Below, piece by piece: positions 40,094 through 50,411 of a stretch of 64,000 nucleotides of DNA. The DNA lies in the NCBI GenBank assembly GCA_965215885.1, contig CBDCEW010000089.1, forward strand, positions 14,621-78,620. Reading direction: 5' to 3'. The notes under the pieces are model-generated. The model worked only from the letters and a program-made list of their open reading frames with translations. It was not told where the DNA came from and made no database searches. Source of the DNA: Candidatus Moanibacter sp. (GTDB lineage: Bacteria; Verrucomicrobiota; Verrucomicrobiia; Opitutales; UBA2987). Position 1 is the first letter of the stretch; every line of letters begins with the position of its first letter. The position numbers and the translations under genes were made by a program.

Positions 40094-41476
40094 TCAGTAG
40101 GCCACGAGTGGCAGCCATGTAACGAGACCCGGAAAGAAGAAGACAAACACGAGGGCAACAAGCTGGAGGATGACAAAAGGAACCGCTCCCCGGTAAATGT
40201 GGCTGATCTCAATTTCAGGAGGACAGACCCCTTTTACAAAAAAGAGAGCGAATCCGACTGGTGGTGTCAGAAAGGAAGTCTGAAGGGTTACGGCATATAG
40301 GATTGAGAACCAGACGAGGCCCGCCTTTTCCAGTGGCGACTCTGAGACCGGACCGAGATCCAGCCCCGCCAGGACCGGCGCGATAAGTGGCAGAATGATA
40401 AGCGTGATTTCTATCCAATCGAGGAAGAAACCAAGCAGGAAGATCACTCCGAGTACCAGGACGATGAGAAGGTTGGGGCTTACGTCGATGCCCAGGAGAA
40501 GACTCTCGATCAATTCATCTCCACCGAGAAAGCGCAGGACGAGTGAAAAGCAAGTTGCGCCGATCAGAATGGCGAAGAGAAACCCCAACGTTTTCAGGGT
40601 TTCCCTCATCGCTTCGCGGAGAATGCGGAAGTTTAGTTTCCTGTTAAATGCGGCTAACAGAAATGCCCCTGCCGCACCCATGCCGCTCGATTCTGTCGGT
40701 GTAGCGATACCGAAAAAAATAGAACCGAGAACGAGCAGAATGAGGAGCATCGCGGGCACGATGGCAAGGGCGAGTTCACCACACATTTTCCAGGTGAATG
40801 GTTTCCTGTTCTTCGGCAGGGGAGCAACTTCGGGCCTGAGGAGCGAGTAAATTAAAATATAGAGAACGTAGAACGATGCCAGCAGGATTCCCGGAAATAC
40901 CGCTCCCATAAACAGGCTGCCTACGGGGAGTTGGAGCTGATCTGCCATGATAATGAGCATGATGCTCGGTGGTATGAGGATTCCGAGAGTTCCAGCGCCG
41001 CAGACTGTTCCCACCGCCAACTCCTTGCGATAGCCTTGTGAGAGCATCACGGGAAGGGAGAGAATGCCCAGGAGGACGATTGAAGCGCCGATGATACCCG
41101 TCGCGGCAGCGAGAAGGACGCCGATAACTGTTACACTGACCGCGAGTCCGCCATGGATGCCACCAAGGAGTTTCTGCATCGATTGCATGAGTTTCTCCGC
41201 CACTCCCGAGCGGTCGAGCATATGCCCCATAAAGATGAACATTGGCAGGGCGACAAGGACCCAGTTTTCCATCAGGGCGAATATTCGATTTACTATCAGG
41301 GAGAAAGTCCTGAGATCGAGACCGATAAATGTCCCGGCGAATCGATCGCACAGCATCGCTATGAAAGTGAAGATGACGGCCAAACCACCTAGAGCGTATG
41401 CCACCGGAATTCCGATGAGCAGAAATGCTACGAAGCTTACGAAGAGGGCGATTATCAGGAAGGTGGTAAGTTCCAT
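40094..41476 (-). CDS. dctM: TRAP transporter large permease
   Basis: GTLGILIPPS, ATPTES, TPPVG. Confidence 0.93.
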   Translation of the reverse strand: MELTTFLIIALFVSFVAFLLIGIPVAYALGGLAVIFTFIAMLCDRFAGTFIGLDLRTFSLIVNRIFALMENWVLVALPMFIFMGHMLDRSGVAEKLMQSMQKLLGGIHGGLAVSVTVIGVLLAAATGIIGASIVLLGILSLPVMLSQGYRKELAVGTVCGAGTLGILIPPSIMLIIMADQLQLPVGSLFMGAVFPGILLASFYVLYILIYSLLRPEVAPLPKNRKPFTWKMCGELALAIVPAMLLILLVLGSIFFGIATPTESSGMGAAGAFLLAAFNRKLNFRILREAMRETLKTLGFLFAILIGATCFSLVLRFLGGDELIESLLLGIDVSPNLLIVLVLGVIFLLGFFLDWIEITLIILPLIAPVLAGLDLGPVSESPLEKAGLVWFSILYAVTLQTSFLTPPVGFALFFVKGVCPPEIEISHIYRGAVPFVILQLVALVFVFFFPGLVTWLPLVAY

Positions 41477-41490
41477 GCGCTTTCGCTTTC

Positions 41491-41589
41491 TCGAAGCCTG
41501 TCGGACTCATCCCTTTCGGGATCTACTTTTCTCACCTAAAATTCCGTAGCTCAGGGATGCTTAAAACGCTAAGTCCGACAGGTTCCTAG
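41491..41589. repeat. MITE-like element with CCTGTCGGAC ends
   Basis: GCCTGTCGGACT...AGTCCGACAGGTTCCTAG; internally homologous to 63651-63750. Confidence 0.8.
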
Positions 41590-41600
41590 TCTGTGGCGTG

Positions 41601-42119
41601 CTATTTCTCACCTACCACGACACTTCCCGTGTAGAGTCGAATCACTCTGGCAAAGGAATTCAGGAGAAGATATATGGCCCCAATAGGAATGAATGCTTTT
41701 ATCAACCAACGCCAACGCAGTCCTCCCGGCGAAGGCGATTTCTCTCCGATGCGAAAAGCATCATGGGTAAATTCGCAACCATACCAAAAGACGATGACAA
41801 AGAGCGGGACAAAAAAGAAAAGGATGCCGACGATTTCGATTATTCTCTTCGCATTTGCCGAAAAAATACGGTGAAGCAGATCAACCCGCACGTGGGCGTC
41901 CTCTTTTTGAGCATAAGATAGGCTGATCGTCACCATCACGGCATAGAAGTGCCATTGCAACTCGCCCAGCGCCACCATGTCTCTGCTGAAAACGTAGCGC
42001 AGAACAACCTGCACAATGATGTTGAACATGAGCAGAACGGTTGCCCAGGCGAAGAAGTGTCCCGAGATTTCCACGAATCTCTCGACCCGTTCGGCGAGAG
42101 CGTTAAGCCTGTTCAACAT
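41601..42119 (-). CDS. dctQ: TRAP transporter small permease
   Basis: ELQWH and HVRVD motifs; four TM segments. Confidence 0.9.
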   Translation of the reverse strand: MLNRLNALAERVERFVEISGHFFAWATVLLMFNIIVQVVLRYVFSRDMVALGELQWHFYAVMVTISLSYAQKEDAHVRVDLLHRIFSANAKRIIEIVGILFFFVPLFVIVFWYGCEFTHDAFRIGEKSPSPGGLRWRWLIKAFIPIGAIYLLLNSFARVIRLYTGSVVVGEK

Positions 42120-42164
42120 GCCGAATCGTTTCTGATCTCAAATGCGGCGGAGATAGAAGAAGGG

Positions 42165-43334
42165 CTACTCAGCCCCTTGCGAACGTGGCAGGTAGGCTTT
42201 GCTTCCCCAGATAGCGTAGCTTTTTCGAAAATCTGAATAATCCTCGTAAACCTTCTTGAAGAAGGGATCAGCGGCGGACTGCTCATCGATGACTTCCCGC
42301 CACTTTTCCCTGAATATCCGCAGCATCTCGGGAGACCAAGTCATATTGTGTACGCCGCGTTCCTCTCGATTTCGAATCATGACAGCTGTCTGCTCCGCCT
42401 CCGCTCGGGCGATAGACGAAATGATTGTTTCGTGGCAGGCCAGGTCGATTATCGACTGTTGGCTCAATGAGAGTTCGTTCCAGACCTCATTGTTGATAAG
42501 GAGTTCAAAGGCGGAGGCCTGTTGGTGCCAGCCCGGAAAATAATTATACTTTACGATTTTGTAAAAGCCGAGATTTTCGTCGCTGCTCGGTAGCGAGTAC
42601 TCGGTAGCATCGATGACTCCTTTTTCCAAAGCCGGAAAGATCTCGCCCTGAGGCAACAGGTTGACCGAAACCCCGACCTTTTCCATGACTCTGCCTCCGA
42701 GCCCAAAAAATCGCATCTTGATTCCCTTCAGATCATCAGGGGAAGTGATTGCATGGGCGAACCAACCCGATGTCTCCGGTGGAATCATTCCGCAGACGAG
42801 CACTTTTACATTCAATCCGTAATGATCGTACATTTCCTGATAAAGTTTCAGCCCGTTGCCGGCGAAGAGCCACGCAATCAGTTCACTCGTATCTGGACCG
42901 AACGGCACCGAGGAAAAAAATGGGGCGGCAGGCATCTTGCCCATCCAGAAGCCCGCCGTCGAGTATCCGGCGTCGACTTTCCCGGCCGATACTGCGTCCA
43001 GCACTTCCAAAGCGCTGACCAATTTTCCCGGATCGAACACTTTTATTTTGATAGTGTCCCCACTGGCTGCGGCCACCCTTTCCACAAAATGCAGGATGTT
43101 TTCACCCACTATTGGCGTGCTCGTCGGGTAAGAGGCGGCCAGTTTGAGCTCTACCGGCCTTGCCTTGCCTACTCCTGCATCAGACTGCGTTTGCTGCTGA
43201 TTTGAGCATCCCGCTGACGTGAGTAATAGTGCAAGTAGACAGTACCAACCCTTTAAATCGCTTCGACACTCTGTTCTCAAGACGTGATTGAACACTATTG
43301 ATCTCAATTTTATTGAGAAGTCCTTTCTTGACAT
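42165..43334 (-). CDS. dctP: TRAP substrate-binding lipoprotein (TakP-like), intact
   Basis: Lipobox SAGC, KMRFFGLGG, GVIDATEY, FPGWHQ. Start uncertain. Confidence 0.9.
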   Translation of the reverse strand: MSRKDFSIKLRSIVFNHVLRTECRSDLKGWYCLLALLLTSAGCSNQQQTQSDAGVGKARPVELKLAASYPTSTPIVGENILHFVERVAAASGDTIKIKVFDPGKLVSALEVLDAVSAGKVDAGYSTAGFWMGKMPAAPFFSSVPFGPDTSELIAWLFAGNGLKLYQEMYDHYGLNVKVLVCGMIPPETSGWFAHAITSPDDLKGIKMRFFGLGGRVMEKVGVSVNLLPQGEIFPALEKGVIDATEYSLPSSDENLGFYKIVKYNYFPGWHQQASAFELLINNEVWNELSLSQQSIIDLACHETIISSIARAEAEQTAVMIRNREERGVHNMTWSPEMLRIFREKWREVIDEQSAADPFFKKVYEDYSDFRKSYAIWGSKAYLPRSQGAE

Positions 43335-43508
43335 CGCCTACACTTGACTCTTGCGACAAAGTCCCGCCTGAAAACGCCTCGTTCCTTTGAATCAGCCAGA
43401 CACTGCGGGCCGGATCTTGCCCAAATCCCACCTTGGAGCAAGCTAAAGATATTCCTGTTTCTTCTGGACTTCTGTTCCTACCCCATTCCTATTAGGAAAA
43501 TAGAATAT

Positions 43509-44891
43509 AAGGGACAGGCTTAAAATACAATTCAGAGTGAAATAATCAAAGGACATTATTATGAGAAAGAGGAGATTGAAGGTACTTGGTAGAGCTGCTG
43601 TATACCATTGTGTAACACGGACAGTAAATAAGGAGCGGTTGATCGATGATTTAGCGAAGGAGGTGCTTCGCAAGCAGCTATGGCAGGTGGCCGACTTTAG
43701 CGGGGTGGAGGTGATTACCTATTGCATTCTGAATAATCATTTTCACGTCATGATTCAGGTTCCTGACCGGGAGAGTGTAGTAATTTCTGATAAGGAGTTG
43801 ATGCGACGATATCGAGTGCTGTATCCGAAGCCGACAGCGTATCAGCAGGCCGATGCGAAGGTCTTGGAGATAAAGCTGTTAGAAGATGGAGAGGAGGCAA
43901 AAGCGTTGAGGAAACAGCTCTTGGATCGAATGCATGATGTCTCGGAGTTCATGAAGACCTTGAAGCAGCGATTTTCGATCTGGTATAACCGAACGCACGA
44001 CCGCGTTGGGACACTGTGGAGTGAGCGATTCAAGAGTACCCTGGTTGAGGGGACGGATGCGGCGCTGCGGATCACGGCAGCATATATTGATCTGAATCCG
44101 GTGCGTGCTAAGATCGTGAATGACCCGAAAGAATATCGGTGGAGTGGTTATGGGGAGGCGATGGGCGGGTATGCAAGAGCCCGCTTTGGGATCATTGAGA
44201 GCATCCGGCGTTTTGAAGGGGAGAATTTGAGCTGGAGGAAAGCGGCGAGGGAGTATCGCAGGTTGCTTTACTGCAAAGGGGCTTCACCCTCGCCGAGTGG
44301 TGGTGCTACGATTCCAGAAGAAGAATGGAGAAGAGAGATGGAAAAGGGCGGGGAGGTGCCGGTAGCAGAAGCATTGCGGTGTCGGGTTCGGTATTTTACA
44401 GATGGGGCGGTACTCGGATCGCGGGAATATGTGGAGCATGTGTATCAGGAGTTTCGTGATCAGTTTGGGCAGAAGCGAAAATCGGGACCGAGGCGGATGA
44501 AAGGAAGCGATTGGGAGGGATTGATGGTGCTGAGGGACCTAAGGAGGGAAATTTTCGGTTAGATATTGGCGAGGAATTCGTCGGCGCGAATCACTTGCAA
44601 AATCGGGGGGCGAAAAGGGGAGAGGTGTGACCCTTCTGGGTAATCCTCGAGGGGCGCAATGGAAGGGAAAGAGTCGTTGGTGTATGAATGATGGGTCGCT
44701 TATTGTCTATAGAGAGGAAGAGTGAGCTTCCGTCCCACCGAATCGCGTAGGTCGTTAGAAGAGCATCAAAAGAAGGTTTCACTGGGAATGGAACCTTCGG
44801 TGATTCCTCCTGACTGAACTCGACTGATGCTGATTATCATATGCGATTTCGGTTTTAAGATAAAGAACCTGTCCCTAAAGAACCTGTCCCT
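43509..44891 (+). mobile_element. TIR-flanked RAYT/TIRYT-type element 2
   Basis: AGGGACAGG at ~43510 inverted against two tandem TAAAGAACCTGTCCC copies (44861-44890). Confidence 0.75.
43561..44562 (+). CDS. REP-associated tyrosine transposase (Y1/HUH)
   Basis: YHCVTR, NHFHV, WSERFKS, YIDLNPVRA, YRWSGY. Confidence 0.93.
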   Translation: MRKRRLKVLGRAAVYHCVTRTVNKERLIDDLAKEVLRKQLWQVADFSGVEVITYCILNNHFHVMIQVPDRESVVISDKELMRRYRVLYPKPTAYQQADAKVLEIKLLEDGEEAKALRKQLLDRMHDVSEFMKTLKQRFSIWYNRTHDRVGTLWSERFKSTLVEGTDAALRITAAYIDLNPVRAKIVNDPKEYRWSGYGEAMGGYARARFGIIESIRRFEGENLSWRKAAREYRRLLYCKGASPSPSGGATIPEEEWRREMEKGGEVPVAEALRCRVRYFTDGAVLGSREYVEHVYQEFRDQFGQKRKSGPRRMKGSDWEGLMVLRDLRREIFG

Positions 44892-44927
44892 AATAAAGAG
44901 ATAGCTATGGTAGAGGTTTTGCTGGGG

Positions 44928-46031
44928 TTATTGGGGGGCTTGTGGGCGAGGAAGATAGGCTTTGCTGCCTCAGACGGCGTATTTGTTCCGAAAAGTCGAG
45001 TAGTCGTCATAAACTTTCTTAAAGAATGGATGGGCGGCGGACTCTTCGGCGGCAACTTCCTGCCATTTTTCTCTAGGCATTCGCAGTAGATCGGGTGGCC
45101 AGGACATATTGTGGACACCACGCTCTTGGGCGTTGCGAGACATTACGGTTGCTTGAGTCGCTTCTCCCCTGGCGATGGAAAAGATAATGGTGTCACGGCA
45201 AGCGAGTTCGATGATGGCCTGTTGGCTGGGCGAGAATCTGTTCCAGACGTCCCTGTTGATGAGCAGTTCAAAAGCAGAGGTTTGCTGGTGCCAACCGGGG
45301 AAATAGTTGTATTTTACGATTTTATATAAGCCCATATCCTCATCAATACTGGGCATGGCGTATTCAGTAGCATCGATAACTCCTTTTTCGAGAGCGGGAA
45401 AGATTTCTCCGGGAGGGAGAAAGTTTACAGCCACTCCGAGTTTATTCATGATACTCCCGCCTAAACCGAAAAAGCGCATCTTGAGTCCTTTCAAATCGTC
45501 TGGAGTACGGATCTCATGGGCGAACCAACCGGAAGTCTCGGGAGGAGAGATAGCAGAGACGAAGACCTTAACATTAAAACCGTAGCGATCGTACATTTCC
45601 TGAAAGAGCTTCAAACCGTTGCCGGCAAAGAACCAGGCGAGATATTCGCTGCTGTCAGGCCCGAAGGGGACGGAAGAAAAGAGAGGAGCGGCCGGCACTT
45701 TACCCATCCAGAATCCAGGTGAGGACCAACCGGCATCGACCTTACCGTTGGAAACGGCATCAAGGATCTCGGTAGAAGCGACCAGTTTTCCCGGGTTGAA
45801 GATCTTGATCTGGATGGATCCTGCGCTCGATTCAGCTACCCGATCAATAGAATGCACAAGACTCTCACCCTGTATAGGTGCGCTCGTATTCCAAAGGGAT
45901 GCGAGCTTGATCTGGACGGGACGACTAGTGGGCGCCATTACATCACCTTGAGGCGAGGGTCCTGGCGCACAACTTCCACCGATAATGATAAGCGCAACAA
46001 GGCCAGCAAAAATCGCTGTTGATTTCATCAT
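44928..46031 (-). CDS. dctP: TRAP DctP paralogue 2 with a premature TGA near the C-terminus
   Basis: Closely similar to 42165-43334. TGA at 44970-44972 replaces Trp; the frame continues GSKAYLPRPQAPQ to TAA at 44928. Confidence 0.85.
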
Positions 46032-46819
46032 TTATTGAGAATGAGAGGGGCGAGGCAGATAAGCTTTGCCGCCCTATATCGCGTAGTTTTTGCGAAATTC
46101 GGAATAGTCTTCATAAACCTTTCGGAAGAAGGCATCTTTGCGGGATTCTTCCTCCGCAACTTCAAGCCATTTGTTTTTCAGGATTCTCAACACCTCAGTC
46201 GACCAAGTTATGTTGGTAACACCCCTATTCTCGGTGTTGCGAATCATGACGTCTGCCTGACTCGCTTCCGCGAGGGACATTGAATAGACTATAGTGGCGC
46301 GAGAAGCCGTTTCTATAATCGCCTTCTGGGCGGGAGAGAGCTTGCTCCAGGCATCCTTGTTGATAAGCAGTTCAAAGGCGGAGGCCTGCTGATGCCAGCC
46401 GGGGAAATAGTTATACTTGGCGATCTTATGAAACCCAATATCCTCGTCGACGCTCGGAAGAGCGTATTCGGTGGCGTCGATCACTCCATTTTCCAGTAGC
46501 CCGAGGCGGAGAATCCTGCGTCGACTTTACCGGTGGAGACTGCGTCGAGCACTTCAAAAGCGGCCACCAGTTTATCGGGATCGTAGACCTTGAATTTTAT
46601 GGTGCCAGCGCTGGCGGCATCGATGCGATCAACCAGATGAAGGAGGCTTTCTCCGTGGATAGGAGCTGTAGAATGAAATGAGGAGGCAAGACGCAGCTGA
46701 ACGGTTTTCGTTTCAGATTTGGAAGAGAAGCCTTCTTGCGGATCGCCGCCGCAACTTAAGAGGCAAAAGGCAATGGCCGTTAGCCAGGCAAGTTTCAGCA
46801 TTTGTATAATCGAACGCAT
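46032..46819 (-). pseudogene. dctP: TRAP DctP paralogue 3 with an internal deletion and premature TAG
   Basis: GYW joined out of frame to LENGVIDATEY at ~46494; TAG at 46074-46076 replaces Trp. Confidence 0.88.
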
Positions 46820-46936
46820 TGTCGCTATGTGTATTTCTGTCTAAAGCGGCCAGTTGTCGCAGGGAAAGAGTTCAGCGTTATTCGGGCTTGATGCAATCAA
46901 TTCTCATAGGCAACAATTGTTGCAGGGCTGTTGTCG

Positions 46937-48127
46937 ATGAATCGAGCTGACATAATCATTGTGGGGGGAGGAATTGTGGGTCTGGCGGTGGGATATCGTA
47001 TCCGAAGGGACTTTCCGGAAAAACGGATAGTTATCCTGGAGAAAGAGAGTGAGATCGCCAAGCACCAGACGGGGCACAACTCAGGAGTGCTTCACTCAGG
47101 GATCTACTACAAGCCGGGTTCTCTCAAAGCGAAAAATTGTCGCGAAGGAAAATTGGCGATGGAACAGTTTTGCCGGGAGCATGGGATCGAATACGAGATA
47201 TGCGGAAAGGTGATCGTGGCGGTGAGCGATCGCGAGGTGCCCAGGTTAAAGGAGATCCATAGTCGGGGAAGGGCCAACGAGGTGGAGTGTGAGATGATCG
47301 ATCGGGAGCAGTTAAACGCACTGGAACCGTATACCGCGGGGATACAGGCGATCCATGTTCCCGAAACGGGAATCGTCAATTTTCAGCAGGTCTGCAGTCG
47401 GCTTGGCGAGATTATTCTAGAAGGGCCGGGGGAGATGGAAATGAACACAAGGGTTCTGGATTTGCGGGAGGAGGAGGATAAAGTAGTCGTCAAGAGTACG
47501 AGAGGAATCTATGAAGCGGCTCTGGTAGTGAATTGCGCGGGACTGTATTCGGACAAGGTCACAGCGATGACGCAAAAGTGTAAAGCAAAGATCGTTCCCT
47601 TCCGCGGGGAGTATTACCGTTTGAAACCCGAGGCTTACTATCTATGCCGAAATCTGATCTACCCGGTACCTGACCCGGCTTTTCCCTTTCTGGGCGTGCA
47701 TTTTACTCGCCTGATCGGCGGCTCCGTCGAGTGTGGGCCCAACGCGGTGTTGGCTCTTGCCCGCGAAGGCTACAGAAAGACTGACTTCAATTTGAGAGAG
47801 TTGATGGATACGCTTACCTACCCCGCGTTCTGGAAGGTTTCGGTCAGGTATTGGCGCACCGGATTGGGTGAGATATGGCGTTCAATCAGCAAAAGGGCCT
47901 TTGTGAAAGCCCTGCAGCGACTCGTCCCGGAGATTCACGAGAGTCACCTTGAGGCGGCGCCGGCGGGTATCCGTGCCCAAGCCCTGGCACCTGATGGAAA
48001 TCTGGTTGACGACTTTCTCATCCAGGAAAGCAGGCGGGTGGTAAACGTATGCAACGCCCCTTCTCCGGCGGCGACTGCATCGCTGAATATTGCGAAGTTG
48101 ATCGTAGAAAGGCTTTCAATTCATTAG
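46937..48127 (+). CDS. lhgO: L-2-hydroxyglutarate oxidase
   Basis: GGGIVG, HQTGHNSGVLHSGIYY, PFRGEY, PFLGVH, APSPAATAS. Confidence 0.92.
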   Translation: MNRADIIIVGGGIVGLAVGYRIRRDFPEKRIVILEKESEIAKHQTGHNSGVLHSGIYYKPGSLKAKNCREGKLAMEQFCREHGIEYEICGKVIVAVSDREVPRLKEIHSRGRANEVECEMIDREQLNALEPYTAGIQAIHVPETGIVNFQQVCSRLGEIILEGPGEMEMNTRVLDLREEEDKVVVKSTRGIYEAALVVNCAGLYSDKVTAMTQKCKAKIVPFRGEYYRLKPEAYYLCRNLIYPVPDPAFPFLGVHFTRLIGGSVECGPNAVLALAREGYRKTDFNLRELMDTLTYPAFWKVSVRYWRTGLGEIWRSISKRAFVKALQRLVPEIHESHLEAAPAGIRAQALAPDGNLVDDFLIQESRRVVNVCNAPSPAATASLNIAKLIVERLSIH

Positions 48128-48175
48128 CAATCTTTCGGACTCAGGGTCCGACAGATCGCTAGTAGAAAAAACGCT

Positions 48176-48937
48176 GTGCATTTGGTGGAACGACAGTCCC
48201 CCGCGGGTAAGAGAGTATTGCTGATGGCGACCTGCCTGTGCGACGCCTTTTTCGACGATGTGGGCCGGGCGACGGTTGAAGTGTTGGAGCATCTGGATTG
48301 CGAGGTGGCGTTTCCAGAGAACCAGACATGTTGCGGGCAGCCGGCCTTCAACGGAGGTGATTGGGAAGCATCTCGAAAAGTGGTGCGGCATACGGTCGAG
48401 GTGTTCAGGGGAGTCGAGCCTGTCGTCATTCCTTCCGGGTCCTGCGCAGCCATGATGTTTCACGGAGCTCCGCTGGAGTTTGAAGGGGAGAAAGATCGCG
48501 ACGAAATAGAGGAGATCGCGGGCAGGAGTTGGGAATTAGCCGATTTTATTGTAAACGGTCTTGGAGTGAACCATTGGCAAGGAAAATTCCCGCACCGAGT
48601 CGCGTTTCATGGTTCCTGTCATAGCCGCGGCACGGAGGCGGCGAACGCAGCGAAGCAGCTCTTGAGTTCGATCGAAGGATTAGAATGGCTCGAGTATGGA
48701 GAAGGAGAGCAGTGCTGTGGGTTCGGGGGAACATTTTCTGTAAGCTTTCCCAATACTTCCGTATCGATAGGGCGTCTCAAGATCGAACATATCTCCGCCT
48801 CAAAGCCCGATATTCTAATATCGGGAGACATGGGATGCCTCCTGCACCTGGGAGGGCTGGCAGAGAGAGAGGGTCTTAGTCTACCTCGACTTCACGTTGC
48901 TCAGGTATTGCGCGACGCGCTCAGGAGCGAGGCATGA
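48176..48937 (+). CDS. lutA: Lactate utilisation Fe-S protein LutA/YkgE
   Basis: QTCCGQP, SGSCAAM, CCGFGGTF, DMGCL (CCG domains). Confidence 0.88.
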   Translation: MHLVERQSPAGKRVLLMATCLCDAFFDDVGRATVEVLEHLDCEVAFPENQTCCGQPAFNGGDWEASRKVVRHTVEVFRGVEPVVIPSGSCAAMMFHGAPLEFEGEKDRDEIEEIAGRSWELADFIVNGLGVNHWQGKFPHRVAFHGSCHSRGTEAANAAKQLLSSIEGLEWLEYGEGEQCCGFGGTFSVSFPNTSVSIGRLKIEHISASKPDILISGDMGCLLHLGGLAEREGLSLPRLHVAQVLRDALRSEA

Positions 48938-50343
48938 GTATGAAGACGGCACAGCCGATCGAGCAATATGCGCGCGACCATTTCGGTGAAGACCGACAGA
49001 GGGCGGTTTATTTGGGGGCAAAGACGACTTCCGAGAAGCGTTACAATGTCCTGGCACGGGACTATCCCGATGCGGACCGATTGCGGCGTATCGCCGGCAA
49101 CATTAAACAACATGCCCTCGATCACCTCGATCATTACCTGGAGATGGCGGAAGAGAGTCTTCGCTCCAAAGGTGCACAGGTGCATTTCGCGGCAAGAGGA
49201 GAAACCTGCAATCAGATCGTTTTCGACATCATGCGCCAGGCGGGAGCGCGGAAGATGGTCAAAAGCAAGAGCATGCTCGGGGAAGAGACCGCCCTCAATG
49301 ACTACCTGACGGATGAAGGAATGGATTGCCTGGAAACGGATCTGGGGGAGCTTATCGTTCAGTTGGACGATGATCATCCCAGCCACATTGTAAGACCGGT
49401 CATGCACAAAGACCGACGAGAAATTGCCCGTTGCTTTGAACGCGAGGGTCTGGGTGATTACGATGATGACCCCACCGTGATTACGCGACGGGCCCGGGTA
49501 TTTCTCCGAAAGAGATATATGGAAGCGGACGTGGGGCTTACCGGCGCCAATTTCGTAGTTGCCGAGAGTGGGCGCATCTGCCTGGTGACAAACGAAGGAA
49601 ATGCAAGATTCTGTATGGCAGCATGCCGGATTCACATCGTGATCGCGGGAATTGAGAAAATCATTCCGAGGGATCGCGACCTGGCGCTCTTCCTGAATCT
49701 TATTGCGCGTTCGGCAACGGGTCAGCAACTGTCTGTGTATAATCAATTCATTGGGGGGCCACGATCACCGGGAAAGCCGCATGGGCCGGAGCAGATGCAT
49801 GTCATATTCGTCGACAATGGCCGCACTGAAGCGCTCGCTTCAAATTGCCGTGAAATCCTTCGCTGTATTCGCTGTGGGGCCTGTCAGAATGTCTGCCCTG
49901 TCTATCGGAAAGTCGGTGGGCATGCTTATCGCGGCACCTATGCGGGACCGGTGGGCGCCGTTCTCAGTCCGTTGTTGGCAGGTGATCGTTTTGCCGAGAT
50001 GGCTGATCTTCCAAAGGCTTCAAGTCTATGTGGCGCCTGCAATGAAGTCTGTCCGGTGGACATTCCTATTCCAGACTTGCTGCTCCGATTGAGGCACCGG
50101 GGGAAGCGGGAAGCGGCCAAGCGAGCTATGGTGGGCACACCAGCGATGGGACCGTGGGCGCTGATGGCGACTCAACCGGTCCTTTGGAAGGCGGCCCTGG
50201 CAATGAGTAATTCATTGAATCATCTTCCCCTTTCGATGATTCCGGTCCCGGCTTTGCGAATCTGGCTGGATGCTCGAGAGTTGCCCAGGTGGAGGGGCGG
50301 CAAACTTCGGAAGTGGATAAAGGAGCGAAGGCACGAGAGATGA
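48934..50343 (+). CDS. lutB: Lactate utilisation protein LutB/YkgF
   Basis: KSKSM, ETDLGE, NEGN, CIRCGACQNVCP, SLCGACNEVCP. Confidence 0.92.
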   Translation: MSMKTAQPIEQYARDHFGEDRQRAVYLGAKTTSEKRYNVLARDYPDADRLRRIAGNIKQHALDHLDHYLEMAEESLRSKGAQVHFAARGETCNQIVFDIMRQAGARKMVKSKSMLGEETALNDYLTDEGMDCLETDLGELIVQLDDDHPSHIVRPVMHKDRREIARCFEREGLGDYDDDPTVITRRARVFLRKRYMEADVGLTGANFVVAESGRICLVTNEGNARFCMAACRIHIVIAGIEKIIPRDRDLALFLNLIARSATGQQLSVYNQFIGGPRSPGKPHGPEQMHVIFVDNGRTEALASNCREILRCIRCGACQNVCPVYRKVGGHAYRGTYAGPVGAVLSPLLAGDRFAEMADLPKASSLCGACNEVCPVDIPIPDLLLRLRHRGKREAAKRAMVGTPAMGPWALMATQPVLWKAALAMSNSLNHLPLSMIPVPALRIWLDARELPRWRGGKLRKWIKERRHER

Positions 50344-50411
50344 GTCAATGGCAAGTATGGTGCCTGGTCTTTGACGAGGGCGGAGCAGTCAGAGGCTTAA
50401 CATTAAGGTAG

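Noticed and set aside
44970..46076. Stop-codon reassignment (Sec, Pyl or code 4/25) explaining the in-frame TGA and TAG
   Set aside because: TGA and TAG end many normal genes here, and the aligned residue is Trp in both cases.
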